From: an uncultured virus (IMG/VR IMGVR_UViG_3300037225_000630)
Taxonomy: Duplodnaviria > Heunggongvirae > Uroviricota > Caudoviricetes
Length of the DNA: 56,439 nt
Direction: 5' to 3' (one strand)
Virus record (IMG/VR): IMGVR_UViG_3300037225_000630
Positions 16,365 to 26,663 of this stretch are shown piece after piece. How positions within the stretch are numbered: the stretch's first letter is position 1; each line of letters starts with the position of its first letter. The position numbers were made by a program, and so were the translations under genes. The notes under the pieces were generated by a model that saw nothing but the letters and a program-made list of their open reading frames with translations, had not been told where the DNA came from and did no database searches.

Positions 16365-18191
16365 ATGCCAGTAAAATTAAATGTAGTAAATAATACTATA
16401 CACGCAACAATAAAAGGTGATGACTTCGCTAAACTCGTTGCCTTCTTCCACAAAGAGGGTTGCACCTATAATAAAAAAGGGCATTATTATATCATTCCAG
16501 TAAATAGATATGAAGATATCTATGAGGGCTTGACTGAGATTGCACGTTTAGATATTGATATTAATACAGAAAATGAATTATCTTTATTACCAACTAAGGT
16601 TGGAACTCAAATACAAAAATATAGAATACCCTTTTCTTTAGAGGATATTAAACTACCCCCAATTAAAGGTAAAGAGCCTTATGAGAACTATCAGTATGAG
16701 GATATACAAAAATTGATGTCTACTAATAGACATCTACTATTCAATGAGATGGGAACAGGCAAATCCTATGAACTATTCACAGCAGCAGATTTATATTCTA
16801 AATTAAAAGGATTAAAAAAGATAGTTATATTAACCTCAAATTCAGGCACCTATAATCTTTATATTGATTTACAGAAGTTTAGTCATTTCACCCAAGAGCA
16901 GATAGAGATAGGGGGAGTAAAGAATCGTAAACCCTTTGATAATGACTCCAATGTAATAATAATGAGTTATCGTTCTTTCCTTTTGGTATCTGATGAATAT
17001 CAAGGTAATAAAAGTAAAATATATAAAAAGTGTCCTATACCGATAGAGCAATGGTTGAATGAGGATAGAGGAATGCTTATATTAGATGAGTCTCATCAGT
17101 GTTCTAATCCTCAAGCTCGCCAATCCAAAGTGGTAGATTTAATAGCTCCTTATTTCTATTATGTTTATTGTGCTACTGGAACTCCAGCCGAAAGAGAGTG
17201 GAAGTATTATTCTCAGCTAAAGCTTATGGACACTGCATTAGTAAAGAATAAGTCCTTTACAAATTGGGCTCAGGAATATTTTGTAGTTGGAGATAAATAT
17301 TCTAAATATAACGTTAAGGATATTAGGAAGGATAAAGCAGAAGAATTACAGATACTTGTAAAAAATCATTGTACTCGCAGGTTTGCTTCTGATGTATTAT
17401 TATTACCTGAAAATTATATTAGACCTTATTATGTTGAATTCAGCGATGAGCATAAAAACTTATATCAAGCTGTAGTAATGGAAACACTACAGAAAATAAA
17501 GGATACAGCGGGGGCTTTAGATGCACGTTCGGTGATTAGCTCCTTTCAAGTAGCAATGTTGGCAATAGATATGCCACAATTACTATTACGTTCAGAATTT
17601 TCCCCTGAAGTAATTAAGCTGATTGACTCATTCAAATTTGAGAACCATAGTAAAATGGAAGCATTACTAGATTTAATAGAAAAACATAAAAAAAGTAAAA
17701 TAATAATATGGACTTCGCATCCTTTAGTAGCGTCTGCTTTAGAGACTATATTGAAAAAGCAATTTCAGGTATTAGTATTGAATGGGGAATCTAAGCTTCC
17801 TCGCAAGACTACTCGTGACGAGTATAAGAAGCAGATAATTGACAAGTTTGAGAATGAGGGGTATACTATTCTCATTGCTGGCGAACAGGTATTGAATACA
17901 TCCGTATCTATAGTGAAGGCTAACGTGCAGATTTACTTTGATACTGATTTCAATTTCACTACTAAAAGCCAATCTGGATATAGAATTTATAGAATAGGAC
18001 AACAACAAAACTGCTATACTTATGATTTAGTTATAGGAAAGTCTTTAGATGTAGTTAGATATAAAAATCTACAAGATAAAGATTTTATTAACAGGAATTT
18101 CTTGAATGAGAAGTATCTTGACTTGAAGCAAGTGCAATTGATATACAATATGGAGGTAGATTATGAGGAAATATGTATTGATAATCAATAG
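16365..18191 (+). CDS. SNF2-like superfamily 2 helicase
   Basis: YQ..NEMGTGKS, ILDESH, ATGTP, QSGYRIYRIGQ. Confidence 0.9.
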   Translation: MPVKLNVVNNTIHATIKGDDFAKLVAFFHKEGCTYNKKGHYYIIPVNRYEDIYEGLTEIARLDIDINTENELSLLPTKVGTQIQKYRIPFSLEDIKLPPIKGKEPYENYQYEDIQKLMSTNRHLLFNEMGTGKSYELFTAADLYSKLKGLKKIVILTSNSGTYNLYIDLQKFSHFTQEQIEIGGVKNRKPFDNDSNVIIMSYRSFLLVSDEYQGNKSKIYKKCPIPIEQWLNEDRGMLILDESHQCSNPQARQSKVVDLIAPYFYYVYCATGTPAEREWKYYSQLKLMDTALVKNKSFTNWAQEYFVVGDKYSKYNVKDIRKDKAEELQILVKNHCTRRFASDVLLLPENYIRPYYVEFSDEHKNLYQAVVMETLQKIKDTAGALDARSVISSFQVAMLAIDMPQLLLRSEFSPEVIKLIDSFKFENHSKMEALLDLIEKHKKSKIIIWTSHPLVASALETILKKQFQVLVLNGESKLPRKTTRDEYKKQIIDKFENEGYTILIAGEQVLNTSVSIVKANVQIYFDTDFNFTTKSQSGYRIYRIGQQQNCYTYDLVIGKSLDVVRYKNLQDKDFINRNFLNEKYLDLKQVQLIYNMEVDYEEICIDNQ

Positions 18192-18381
18192 TGAGAATGA
18201 AGCATGGTGTAATAACGTAATACAGTTTGAAGCTATGAATATGATTGAAGCTAAAATACTAGCAAGGAAAGCAATTGAAAAAGAAAAGGAATACGTGGAA
18301 AAAAAGAATATGGTGGATGCTTCAGAGGAACTTGACTTCTATGGTTCCATTTATGAATATATAGATGAGGGGCGTATATGA
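18163..18381 (+). CDS. Hypothetical protein
   Basis: SD GGAGG, coupled ORF. Confidence 0.65.
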   Translation: MRKYVLIINSENEAWCNNVIQFEAMNMIEAKILARKAIEKEKEYVEKKNMVDASEELDFYGSIYEYIDEGRI

Positions 18382-18608
18382 AGTGTATGGACTTCTCATG
18401 TGCTTTAAAAGTATTGAAATTAGGAAAATCAATTCAAAGGGAGTCTCATCAAGACGTTTTTTATTACCTCAAAAATAATAGTATTTATATCCATTTAGTA
18501 GAAGATAAGATAGATATACATATAGAAGATTATAAAGCCCTTCTAAATTCTCAAGACATTCTTGCCACTGACTGGACTGTGGTAGTTGACAATCCTCCTC
18601 TAATATAG
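18378..18608 (+). CDS. DUF2829 / Thoeris anti-defense 2 (Tad2)-like protein
   Basis: MDFSCALKVLKLGKSIQR...SQDILATDW. Confidence 0.7.
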   Translation: MKCMDFSCALKVLKLGKSIQRESHQDVFYYLKNNSIYIHLVEDKIDIHIEDYKALLNSQDILATDWTVVVDNPPLI

Positions 18609-18614
18609 TATAGT
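18586..18614 (+). promoter_or_regulatory. Sigma70-type promoter
   Basis: TTGACA-17 nt-TATAGT. Confidence 0.72.
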
Positions 18615-18630
18615 TGAAAAGAGGCTATAT

Positions 18631-19422
18631 ATGAATGAACTTCCTCTGATACGATATGTACAATGCAATAAGTGTAAATCAAAGTCTGGTCCTATGGAAC
18701 AACCAGGATTTTACTATGTAGATAATGGAGCATATGTAGCAGTGCAAGAATGTGATTGTCATAAGGAATGGATAAAACAAAGTAAATTACTTATTCAAGC
18801 TAATAAGAATAATATATGGATAGATGAGAACTCTCTTAAATATAATTTAGTGAGTTCTTATATAGGCACTAAAAGTTATAAAGAAATAATTAAAATTCTA
18901 AACTTTCTACAGGAGTATGATACAGACATTTTACTCCATAATATATGTATGTATATATATGGCATTGACCAGACTCAAAAAACTACAGTAGCACAAGCAG
19001 TAGGGCTACACTTTTTTCGTAAGGGATATAGTGCTCTTTATACTCCAATGAAAGAGTTCTCTTCGATGGTATGTAAGCCCTTTCCTAGAGATGAAGAGGC
19101 AGAAAAGATTTCTGAATATATGAAAAGAGCCCAGGCTACTCTTTTGATAATAGATGATGCCTTTGATAAGAATGCTTCTCCCGTTTATGATAGTGGCACT
19201 CAGTCCCCTTATATCGAGGCTTTCCTACGAGAGAGGATTGACAATAAGGGAAAAGGCGTGCTATTCGTATCTAGGGTGAAACCAGAGGAGATTAAAAAAA
19301 ATGGGTATTCAGATTCTTTACAATCCTTTGTAGTGAACCATACGTCTAAAAAAAAGACAACATTAAAGTTTGAAGATGTTATAGATGATGTAGAGATACA
19401 TAATATCTTTAAGGATAAATAA
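18631..19422 (+). CDS. DnaC/IstB-like helicase loader
   Basis: CNKC..CDC zinc site, degenerate Walker A GIDQTQKT, Walker B LLIIDD; directly upstream of DnaB. Confidence 0.72.
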   Translation: MNELPLIRYVQCNKCKSKSGPMEQPGFYYVDNGAYVAVQECDCHKEWIKQSKLLIQANKNNIWIDENSLKYNLVSSYIGTKSYKEIIKILNFLQEYDTDILLHNICMYIYGIDQTQKTTVAQAVGLHFFRKGYSALYTPMKEFSSMVCKPFPRDEEAEKISEYMKRAQATLLIIDDAFDKNASPVYDSGTQSPYIEAFLRERIDNKGKGVLFVSRVKPEEIKKNGYSDSLQSFVVNHTSKKKTTLKFEDVIDDVEIHNIFKDK

Positions 19423-20822
19423 TGGAAGAACGAACTAACGAAAATTTTGTGCTAATGGCACAAATGCAAGTATTGAAAATATTAATTGAAAACCCCGATG
19501 TTAGTATAAAGGATATCACTTCTGATTCTTTCCATAATCCTAAATTCAAAGCATATTATACTGCTTTACAAAATTTAAGAGAAACAGGAGAGGAAGTGAA
19601 TGAAACCTCATTATTTAGAGAAGCCAATAGACTAGAAAATAATGTTGATATTGCTACTAATAAAAATCTTTTTTCTTTACAGGTAGATATATCCAACCTT
19701 GCCGGTGCTCTTGATTCCTTGAAGGATTCAATAGCAAAGCATAAGATAAATAAAACCATAGAAAAGATACAAGAACTTACAACTTCACATGATCCTTTAG
19801 ATACATTGAAAGTATCTTCATTAGAGTACTCAATTCAAGAAACCTTAGCCACTGCTTATAAACAAGTTGTAAGTAAAGATTTTGAAATGCTCCTTGATAA
19901 TTATACTGATGAACTACGGGAAAGAAAAAAAGGTTTACACTTTCCTTTCTGTGAAAATTTCTTGGATCAAAATCTAACTAAAAAAGCAGCTCCTGGACAG
20001 ATTATATTAATTGCTGGTGCTACTGGGACAGGTAAATCAATATATGGATTATATGAAATGTCTAACCTAGTGGATTCTAATGTTCCATGTCTTTACTTTT
20101 CTCCTGAAATGGATGAAATTAGTACTATGGATAGGTGGATGGCAATGAGAAGTAATATACCCATTGATCAATGGTATTCAACTGGACCCACAATGGATTC
20201 ATTGATTGAGATAGTACAGAAAGAAAAAGAAAAACTAAAGGATAAGGCATTTAAATTCATTGATGAACCAGATATTACATTAGATCAAATAAGGCATCAT
20301 ATACGAGAATTTAAACTTACTTATAAAGTACAATATCTTATTGTATTTGTAGATTTGATAACGCAAGTGAGAGAGTTTATGGATATGGCAGGAAATAAAA
20401 ATTCATCTTTACCTACCATCATGGAGAAAGCAATAAATAAAACGAATGCTATTGCCAAAAAGGAGAATGTATGTATTATTGCCATAACCCAGATGAATAG
20501 AGAAGCAGATTCGGCTAAAGTTTTAACTGTTCAAGACCTGAAGAAATTACGTCCTACTAGAAATAATATTAAAAATTCTTCTGCTTTAGCTGAACGTTCT
20601 AGAACGGTATTAGCAGTTTTCAGAGCTAAATATTATGCTGATCAACTCCTGGCTGGTGATGCTGATGCTGCTATTCTTCCCGATGTTTTAGAAGTACAGA
20701 TAATAAAGCAAAATATGGGCAGAGTTGGTGCTACAGGTAGGTATAATTTTAATGGTCCTACTTTTAGACTTAATGAATTAATAGGGGGAGGGGATATACT
20801 CGATGAAGCAAATAATGAATGA
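19422..20822 (+). CDS. dnaB: Replicative DNA helicase, DnaB family
   Basis: IAGATGTGKS, FSPEM, VFVDLI, TQMNRE, IIKQNMG. Confidence 0.9.
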   Translation: MEERTNENFVLMAQMQVLKILIENPDVSIKDITSDSFHNPKFKAYYTALQNLRETGEEVNETSLFREANRLENNVDIATNKNLFSLQVDISNLAGALDSLKDSIAKHKINKTIEKIQELTTSHDPLDTLKVSSLEYSIQETLATAYKQVVSKDFEMLLDNYTDELRERKKGLHFPFCENFLDQNLTKKAAPGQIILIAGATGTGKSIYGLYEMSNLVDSNVPCLYFSPEMDEISTMDRWMAMRSNIPIDQWYSTGPTMDSLIEIVQKEKEKLKDKAFKFIDEPDITLDQIRHHIREFKLTYKVQYLIVFVDLITQVREFMDMAGNKNSSLPTIMEKAINKTNAIAKKENVCIIAITQMNREADSAKVLTVQDLKKLRPTRNNIKNSSALAERSRTVLAVFRAKYYADQLLAGDADAAILPDVLEVQIIKQNMGRVGATGRYNFNGPTFRLNELIGGGDILDEANNE

Positions 20823-20991
20823 TGATGCTTTTCATAAGGGGCATCTAAAAAAATGTGTTATATGCGGAAGAATATGCGACTCTTTATCTACAAATACTAA
20901 TGATTTTCCTTTTTCTATCTCTTTTTTAGATGGTACAAAAAAATGGTTTCATGTTGGATGCTTTACTAAAGATATTAGGGAAAAGGACTAA
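20803..20991 (+). CDS. Small zinc-binding protein
   Basis: CVICG...WFHVGC. Confidence 0.6.
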   Translation: MKQIMNDDAFHKGHLKKCVICGRICDSLSTNTNDFPFSISFLDGTKKWFHVGCFTKDIREKD

Positions 20992-21011
20992 TTGAGAAAG
21001 GAGTATATCTC

Positions 21012-21167
21012 ATGGAGGATAAAATAAAAGAATTGGCTAGTCAGATACTAAACATTAGTCGAAATTACATCTTAGGTGAAGTATCTGCTGAGGTATTTGT
21101 TGCTAATGTAAATACTATAAACTTTTCACTCCATGAAGAGTTAAAAAAGAAAAAGGAACCTAAATGA
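21012..21167 (+). CDS. Small hypothetical protein (51 aa)
   Basis: SD AAAGGAG; MEDKIKELASQIL...; stop overlaps the next start. Confidence 0.6.
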   Translation: MEDKIKELASQILNISRNYILGEVSAEVFVANVNTINFSLHEELKKKKEPK

Positions 21168-21559
21168 ATGTAAATGAATATTTTGATTTTAAACATTCAC
21201 TCAAAGTAAATGAGGATGCTACAGAGACTCATTCTCTTGTAGATACTACAGGAATAGTAGATAATGAAGCTAAGCTTGAAAAAGCTGTAAAAAGTTTTTT
21301 AGCTTTTTTACTTCATGCTGGGTTTGATGCTGAAAATGTATATAATTCTGTATTAGAATCAACTAAAATAATTACTGGTCACCCCGATATGGAGGATTTC
21401 GCTTTAGAGTCTGCTATTGAAGAACAAATGAATAATAAAGAAGATTTTAATAACTTTATAGAGCATATGCAAAAAACGGAGGATTTAGAGTTTTTGAGAG
21501 AAATATATAGAAGTTGGATTACAACTCATACAAAACTAAAGGTAGAAGAATCTGATTGA
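21164..21559 (+). CDS. Hypothetical protein
   Basis: Coupled ORF. Confidence 0.72.
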   Translation: MNVNEYFDFKHSLKVNEDATETHSLVDTTGIVDNEAKLEKAVKSFLAFLLHAGFDAENVYNSVLESTKIITGHPDMEDFALESAIEEQMNNKEDFNNFIEHMQKTEDLEFLREIYRSWITTHTKLKVEESD

Positions 21560-21584
21560 CAGGACTAATTTATAATGGTATATT
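21556..21584 (+). promoter_or_regulatory. Sigma70-type promoter overlapping an ACTAATT motif
   Basis: TTGACA-17 nt-TATATT. Confidence 0.6.
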
Positions 21585-21614
21585 CAATACTATCATTAGT
21601 ATGGGAGTTTAATC

Positions 21615-22262
21615 GTGATAAAACAGATTGTCCTGGGGTTGTTTATTCTTTGTACCCTCGCACCTGCAATCCCCTTCACGTACTATATACCTAATAGACT
21701 TTATACTGTAGAGCTTCCAGCAAAAAAAATAATAATAAAATATCCAATACCTCCACCATGGTTTAATAAAGAACTTTTATCCTATATATCAAAAGAGTGT
21801 GAGAAATATAATGTTCCTGTCGTGCTCGTACATAAACTTATAGAACAAGAAAGTCAATGGCATTCAAATTCTCCTTCCCCTAATTATGATAAGCATCATA
21901 GAATACTCTCTATTGATTATGGGCTTATGCAAATAAATTCAGATAATATTGAACGTTTTTCCCATAATTATAAAGAGCCATGGAGATCAGAAAAATCATA
22001 TAATCCTATACACAATTCATGGGATAATGTCCACCTTGGTATTTGTTATTTACGAGACTTATATACTCAATTTGGTAATTGGAAAAATGCTGTAGCAGCC
22101 TATAATGGCGGTACTAGAAGGGTTATAAATAATACACTTAAAAAGAGCACCCAAGAATATGTAAATATCGTCTGTCCAGTAAATGACTGGTGGTTAACTC
22201 TACCGACTAATTATGTATGTCTAGCTGGCAATCAAGACTCTCTGCAACAGAAAACAGAATAG
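21615..22262 (+). CDS. Lytic transglycosylase (SLT domain) with N-terminal hydrophobic segment
   Basis: IEQESQW, GLMQIN, AVAAYNGG. Confidence 0.9.
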   Translation: MIKQIVLGLFILCTLAPAIPFTYYIPNRLYTVELPAKKIIIKYPIPPPWFNKELLSYISKECEKYNVPVVLVHKLIEQESQWHSNSPSPNYDKHHRILSIDYGLMQINSDNIERFSHNYKEPWRSEKSYNPIHNSWDNVHLGICYLRDLYTQFGNWKNAVAAYNGGTRRVINNTLKKSTQEYVNIVCPVNDWWLTLPTNYVCLAGNQDSLQQKTE

Positions 22263-22759
22263 CGCAAACATTGGTGGATAACTCAATCATATTGAGTGGT
22301 TTTGCCACTGATGTTATCATTATAGATGAAACCTTGAATGAAGTTCAAGATACTACAGCATTGAATGTAGAAGAAATAGGTGTGGTTAATATTATATTTC
22401 CCTCATTTCAAGATGTACCTATGAGGCGCTTCATTCAATCTGATGGCACTTATATCTCTGCTAATGCTGGTAAAGATAGTAAAGAAGATAAAGAACCATT
22501 TGTATGCTATTCACCTATTGGAACCAATTTAGGAACAATAATACCACAAGGCTCAATATTATTAAAATTTTTTGAAAACCCCATAGGAGCCCAGCCATGG
22601 GTGCTACCATTGAAAGTTTCAGATATTTTAGGGACTTTTGGGGCAAGAACTATTATATGGCAAAAGTTGAATATAGTATATTATGATACTCCTGTAAATA
22701 CTGCTTTATATAATTATTTACTACAATTGGCTCAACGAAGGTCCTTGCTTAACTGGTAG
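22217..22759 (+). CDS. Hypothetical, possibly virion neck/head-closure protein
   Basis: ORF preceded by ACTAATT; function inferred only. Confidence 0.6.
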   Translation: MSSWQSRLSATENRIAQTLVDNSIILSGFATDVIIIDETLNEVQDTTALNVEEIGVVNIIFPSFQDVPMRRFIQSDGTYISANAGKDSKEDKEPFVCYSPIGTNLGTIIPQGSILLKFFENPIGAQPWVLPLKVSDILGTFGARTIIWQKLNIVYYDTPVNTALYNYLLQLAQRRSLLNW

Positions 22760-22808
22760 GAAGAGAGCCTGAAGAGAAAGGACTAATTTAATATATAAGG
22801 ACGTTAGA

Positions 22809-25694
22809 ATGGCTAAACGTAATGTAAACGAAGATGCGCAACAACCAGGAATGGTAGATACGCTTACTAATCAGGTAAAATCTAATCCAGAACAAACTGT
22901 TCAGGCCACCTGGGATAATGCTATTTCTAACTTAAAACCTCAGTCGGCAGAGGATTATGATAACCTCGTTCAACAAGTGCAACAGAGTTTAGGCTTAAGT
23001 GGACAGAATCCGTCAGCTAAAGGGCTATCTCAAGTATCGGCTAACGGAATTCAAGCTCAAGGTAACCCATTACCACAATCTACTTTAGATAATGTCCCTA
23101 CTCAACCTATAACACCAACTCAAACTATGGGAGCATCTACACCCCCACAGTCTGTACAGGCTCCACAGCCCACCCAGGCTCCATCCTATCCTAACTATGG
23201 TGCTAAGATGGGGAATCCAATGAAACAGTCCTACAGAAGCAGGAATAAGCCTTTTAGAGAGGATTTGGATAGAGCAAAGTCTTCAACTAAAGGGGAAGAC
23301 CAAGAATATACTGGTATGACAAAACTAGAACAGGCTCAAGCCATAATAAAGGACTTGAAAAAGAAAAAGGCTACTGATGCTAATATCCTATTCAGTCTTG
23401 TCAATCGTTTATTTATTGATGTAGAGACAGCACAGAAAATATTAGATAAAGAGATAAAGAAGGATGAATTCCCAGATAAGATAGACGCTATTACTGATAT
23501 GCCACAAGATGGTATAATGAGAGATATACCTATAAATGATATATTTTTAAAAGAAAATGAAGAACCCTATAAAAAAGGAGATAGAGTAGTATTAATAAGG
23601 CTTCCCTTTGATTCTGGGGTTATGGAAAAGTATATTATGAATAAACAGCTTCCTGGAACTGTATTATCTTCTTACAACGATATGGGACATATTCTTTATG
23701 ATGTAAGATTTGATAATGGTTCTACCTTTGAGTGTCATGGAATGGATATAAAGGGGATTAACCCTCCTATGAACCCCAAAGATTGGAAACACAGTAATGT
23801 TTATACAGAAGGGAGAATTATATGTCCTAAATGTGGTGCTACTGGAAATAATATAATGACTGAACCTTATGGTAAATGTGAATGTAAGGAGTGTGGTGAT
23901 AAATTTCCAGTAAATGGTAGTGAAGAGGATAATCTAAATGAGGATTCAATCTATAACCATTCTCATATTACTACTAATAATAATTATGATTATGGCTCAT
24001 ACGATTTTTATCAAATTCGTGATCCTTATGAATTTGAACTGAACTCAACACAGCTCGTGGCTAGAGCTATGATAGTAGACCAGAGATATACCTATGAGAT
24101 GCGATTCCAAGTGATGAAAGAGACTGATGCTCGTTTCCCTCAGGCTTGGAAATTCTTGTTGTTCCATGACATTAGACATGTATTGAAAATCTCTGTAAAT
24201 CTATTGAATGCTAATACGAATTATATGAAATTATCTCCTGATAGTGCTCCTATTTTTAATGAAACTCGGATAGCTAAAATAGCAGCATTAGCTTTTAAAT
24301 CTTATATTAAATTATGGGGTAAGCAACACTTCCAAATTATAGTTATAGAAACAGAAAATCCAATGAGGCTTATATTTAATACACTATTAGCCAAAGAACT
24401 TGCTAAAATAACTGGTATAAAGATAGATCAGGATTTAGCATTAGAGATGACAGGAAAACCATTAGAGCATACTAATGTTCCTGGTAAACCTAAACTCTAT
24501 ATAGTATTGACCAATGCTGCTGGTGGTAAAATAAAAGAATCTATAGAAGAAGCTCAAAACTTTACTCCTCCTATAGATAGTTCTTTCACTAAAGATATTG
24601 AAGGCCCTGATGATATTAGTGAACGAGAATATGAAGAAAAAGTAAATGCATATTGGACACCAATTTTAAATCTATTATTCCAAGTAAAGCAACTTGGCTC
24701 TGATAAATTCAAAGCTTCTAATGGATATTCCGTTCTCATGTATAAATGTGGTACATATAAAGAACATTTTATGATTAAGAAGGCCCTTGCTAAACCTATA
24801 CTTGATATGAAAGCCATGATAAATGGAAATAATATAAGAAATATTTGTACATCTACTGAATTCTTTGTTAATGAGAAGTATATAGATATAATAAAAGATA
24901 TCTGTATGGAGATAAAGATAGCATTAAAACAGAAAAAAGATTCAAAGCAGCAGTCTTTAGATCAAAAACAAGCATATTTATCCTTAAGCCCACAATTAGA
25001 GTCTCAAAGGATAAAGGAATCTTTAGATGAAAATCAATCTTATGAAGAAGGAATATTTACTAAAGAACTTCAATTTCCTAAAAAGGGTATAGAAATAAAT
25101 TATACTAGTTTCAGTTCAGCAGAGGAGATAACACAAAAATTTGGTAAGCTATTTGATAGAACTCAAGAATTATTTGACGAAATAAACTCTATACCCTTTT
25201 ATCATAAGGTTAAAAGATCAAAACTATTTTCTATGGAGGGTTTTCCTATAGATGAACATTTTAGCATTAGATATAGTAACTCAGGTACACTTATTGCTTA
25301 TAATAAGATTATTATAGCTGAAACACCTGATTTTAATAATGAAGCTTATTATAAGAGTGAATTCTTCTATTATGATAATTATAGTACCCAACTAAAAGAA
25401 TTCTACTCTATAGCCCAAGCTGTAATAGAAGAAATCAAAAATGCAAAATTGCATAAGAAGGATTTAAGTTTAGGTACGGGGGAAGTATCGGAGCTTTCTT
25501 TTGATGAGGCACAAGTAGACGAGGATACAGAATCCTCAGCCTTCATGCCCCCAGCGCCAGAGAATGTAGAAGGGCTTGTAACCAATCCCAATACTCCTCA
25601 TGGTAAAAAAGTACCTTTTGGAGGAAAAACTGGGCAAGAGCTTCGACAAGATTCTATTGATAGTCTAAGAAAAATGGGAGTACCTGGATATTAA
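22809..25694 (+). CDS. Large multi-module protein, probable internal head protein
   Basis: Q/P-rich N-terminus, zinc ribbon CPKC..CKEC, recurring hydrophobic-X-E linkers. Confidence 0.65.
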   Translation: MAKRNVNEDAQQPGMVDTLTNQVKSNPEQTVQATWDNAISNLKPQSAEDYDNLVQQVQQSLGLSGQNPSAKGLSQVSANGIQAQGNPLPQSTLDNVPTQPITPTQTMGASTPPQSVQAPQPTQAPSYPNYGAKMGNPMKQSYRSRNKPFREDLDRAKSSTKGEDQEYTGMTKLEQAQAIIKDLKKKKATDANILFSLVNRLFIDVETAQKILDKEIKKDEFPDKIDAITDMPQDGIMRDIPINDIFLKENEEPYKKGDRVVLIRLPFDSGVMEKYIMNKQLPGTVLSSYNDMGHILYDVRFDNGSTFECHGMDIKGINPPMNPKDWKHSNVYTEGRIICPKCGATGNNIMTEPYGKCECKECGDKFPVNGSEEDNLNEDSIYNHSHITTNNNYDYGSYDFYQIRDPYEFELNSTQLVARAMIVDQRYTYEMRFQVMKETDARFPQAWKFLLFHDIRHVLKISVNLLNANTNYMKLSPDSAPIFNETRIAKIAALAFKSYIKLWGKQHFQIIVIETENPMRLIFNTLLAKELAKITGIKIDQDLALEMTGKPLEHTNVPGKPKLYIVLTNAAGGKIKESIEEAQNFTPPIDSSFTKDIEGPDDISEREYEEKVNAYWTPILNLLFQVKQLGSDKFKASNGYSVLMYKCGTYKEHFMIKKALAKPILDMKAMINGNNIRNICTSTEFFVNEKYIDIIKDICMEIKIALKQKKDSKQQSLDQKQAYLSLSPQLESQRIKESLDENQSYEEGIFTKELQFPKKGIEINYTSFSSAEEITQKFGKLFDRTQELFDEINSIPFYHKVKRSKLFSMEGFPIDEHFSIRYSNSGTLIAYNKIIIAETPDFNNEAYYKSEFFYYDNYSTQLKEFYSIAQAVIEEIKNAKLHKKDLSLGTGEVSELSFDEAQVDEDTESSAFMPPAPENVEGLVTNPNTPHGKKVPFGGKTGQELRQDSIDSLRKMGVPGY

Positions 25695-25723
25695 AATTAA
25701 TAGAAGAGCAACAATATAAGCAC

Positions 25724-25752
25724 TTGACTTTTTCTTCATAGTATGCTATATT
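25724..25752 (+). promoter_or_regulatory. Sigma70-type promoter
   Basis: TTGACT-17 nt-TATATT. Confidence 0.65.
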
Positions 25753-25770
25753 TTATCCAGAGGTAACCAG

Positions 25771-26052
25771 ATGAATAAACGAGTCTCAGTCAAAGAACTA
25801 GAAAATGGGGATGTCTTTGATTTAGTGTTTGAGGATGTATCCACAGGTACTGTGTATACTATCAATGATAATAATAAAGATGTAGCAGTATTAATGCCAT
25901 ATGATACTAAAGTTACAGTAGAGATAGAATTAAGTGATAGTATCTTTAATGGATTAGCTTTAATGGCACATGAGAAAGATATTACTTTTAATCAACTAGT
26001 GACAGAAATATTAATGGAATATATCCAAAAGGAGGATATTAAATGCAAGTAA
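25771..26052 (+). CDS. Antitoxin-like DNA-binding protein (Phd-like N-terminus, RHH-like C-terminus)
   Basis: VSVKEL..V..G.VYTI...VAVLMPY and IELSDSIFNGLALMAHEKDITFNQLV. Confidence 0.55.
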   Translation: MNKRVSVKELENGDVFDLVFEDVSTGTVYTINDNNKDVAVLMPYDTKVTVEIELSDSIFNGLALMAHEKDITFNQLVTEILMEYIQKEDIKCK

Positions 26053-26216
26053 TGAAGAATTGTAAAAGAATGATTAGAGCTACATTAGCAAAATTTGAGG
26101 AGGACACTCAAAAATATTCTTATGAAATATCTTCTATAAAAGCGGATATAGAAAATGTCAAGCCTAAAGTAAAGAGAGTAAGAGAGGAAAGACAGAACTA
26201 TAGAGATGATTATTAA
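26052..26216 (+). CDS. Small hypothetical protein (54 aa)
   Basis: TAATG coupling to the upstream gene. Confidence 0.5.
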   Translation: MKNCKRMIRATLAKFEEDTQKYSYEISSIKADIENVKPKVKRVREERQNYRDDY

Positions 26217-26222
26217 TTTGTA

Positions 26223-26654
26223 TTAAATAATTTTATATAACCTTAATGAATCTACTATTGTTTCAGGAGCTTTTGCAGTAAGGCTATACGGTGTAATAGG
26301 ATCATAAAAAATAGAGTTTTTATCATTACCTTGAACAAAATGGTGAAAACCATTACTTGGTCTAAAAAGACAAAGTATTCTATAGACAGTGGAATCTAAA
26401 GGTATTGAAGGTGGAAAGTGCCCATCAATATATTGTAAAGGAATTTCCATTAATTGGCATAGTCCATTAGGGTCTACAATATTATATCCTGAATCTAAAA
26501 TATTCTTATTAAAAGCATCATACCAAGTTGAATTTAATAAATCTATAGAGGTAGGTAATCCAATTAAGTCTCTATAATGAAATAAGCATGAAAAATAACA
26601 TCCTACCTCATGACAAGTTTCTACTACTCCTGGTAAATTTTGGTATACTGGCAT
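26223..26654 (-). CDS. Papain-like Cys peptidase (C39-like/DUF261-like)
   Basis: Q...GCYFSCL...HHFV...YDP Cys-His-Asp triad pattern. Confidence 0.65.
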   Translation of the reverse strand: MPVYQNLPGVVETCHEVGCYFSCLFHYRDLIGLPTSIDLLNSTWYDAFNKNILDSGYNIVDPNGLCQLMEIPLQYIDGHFPPSIPLDSTVYRILCLFRPSNGFHHFVQGNDKNSIFYDPITPYSLTAKAPETIVDSLRLYKII

Positions 26655-26663
26655 TTTATCTCC

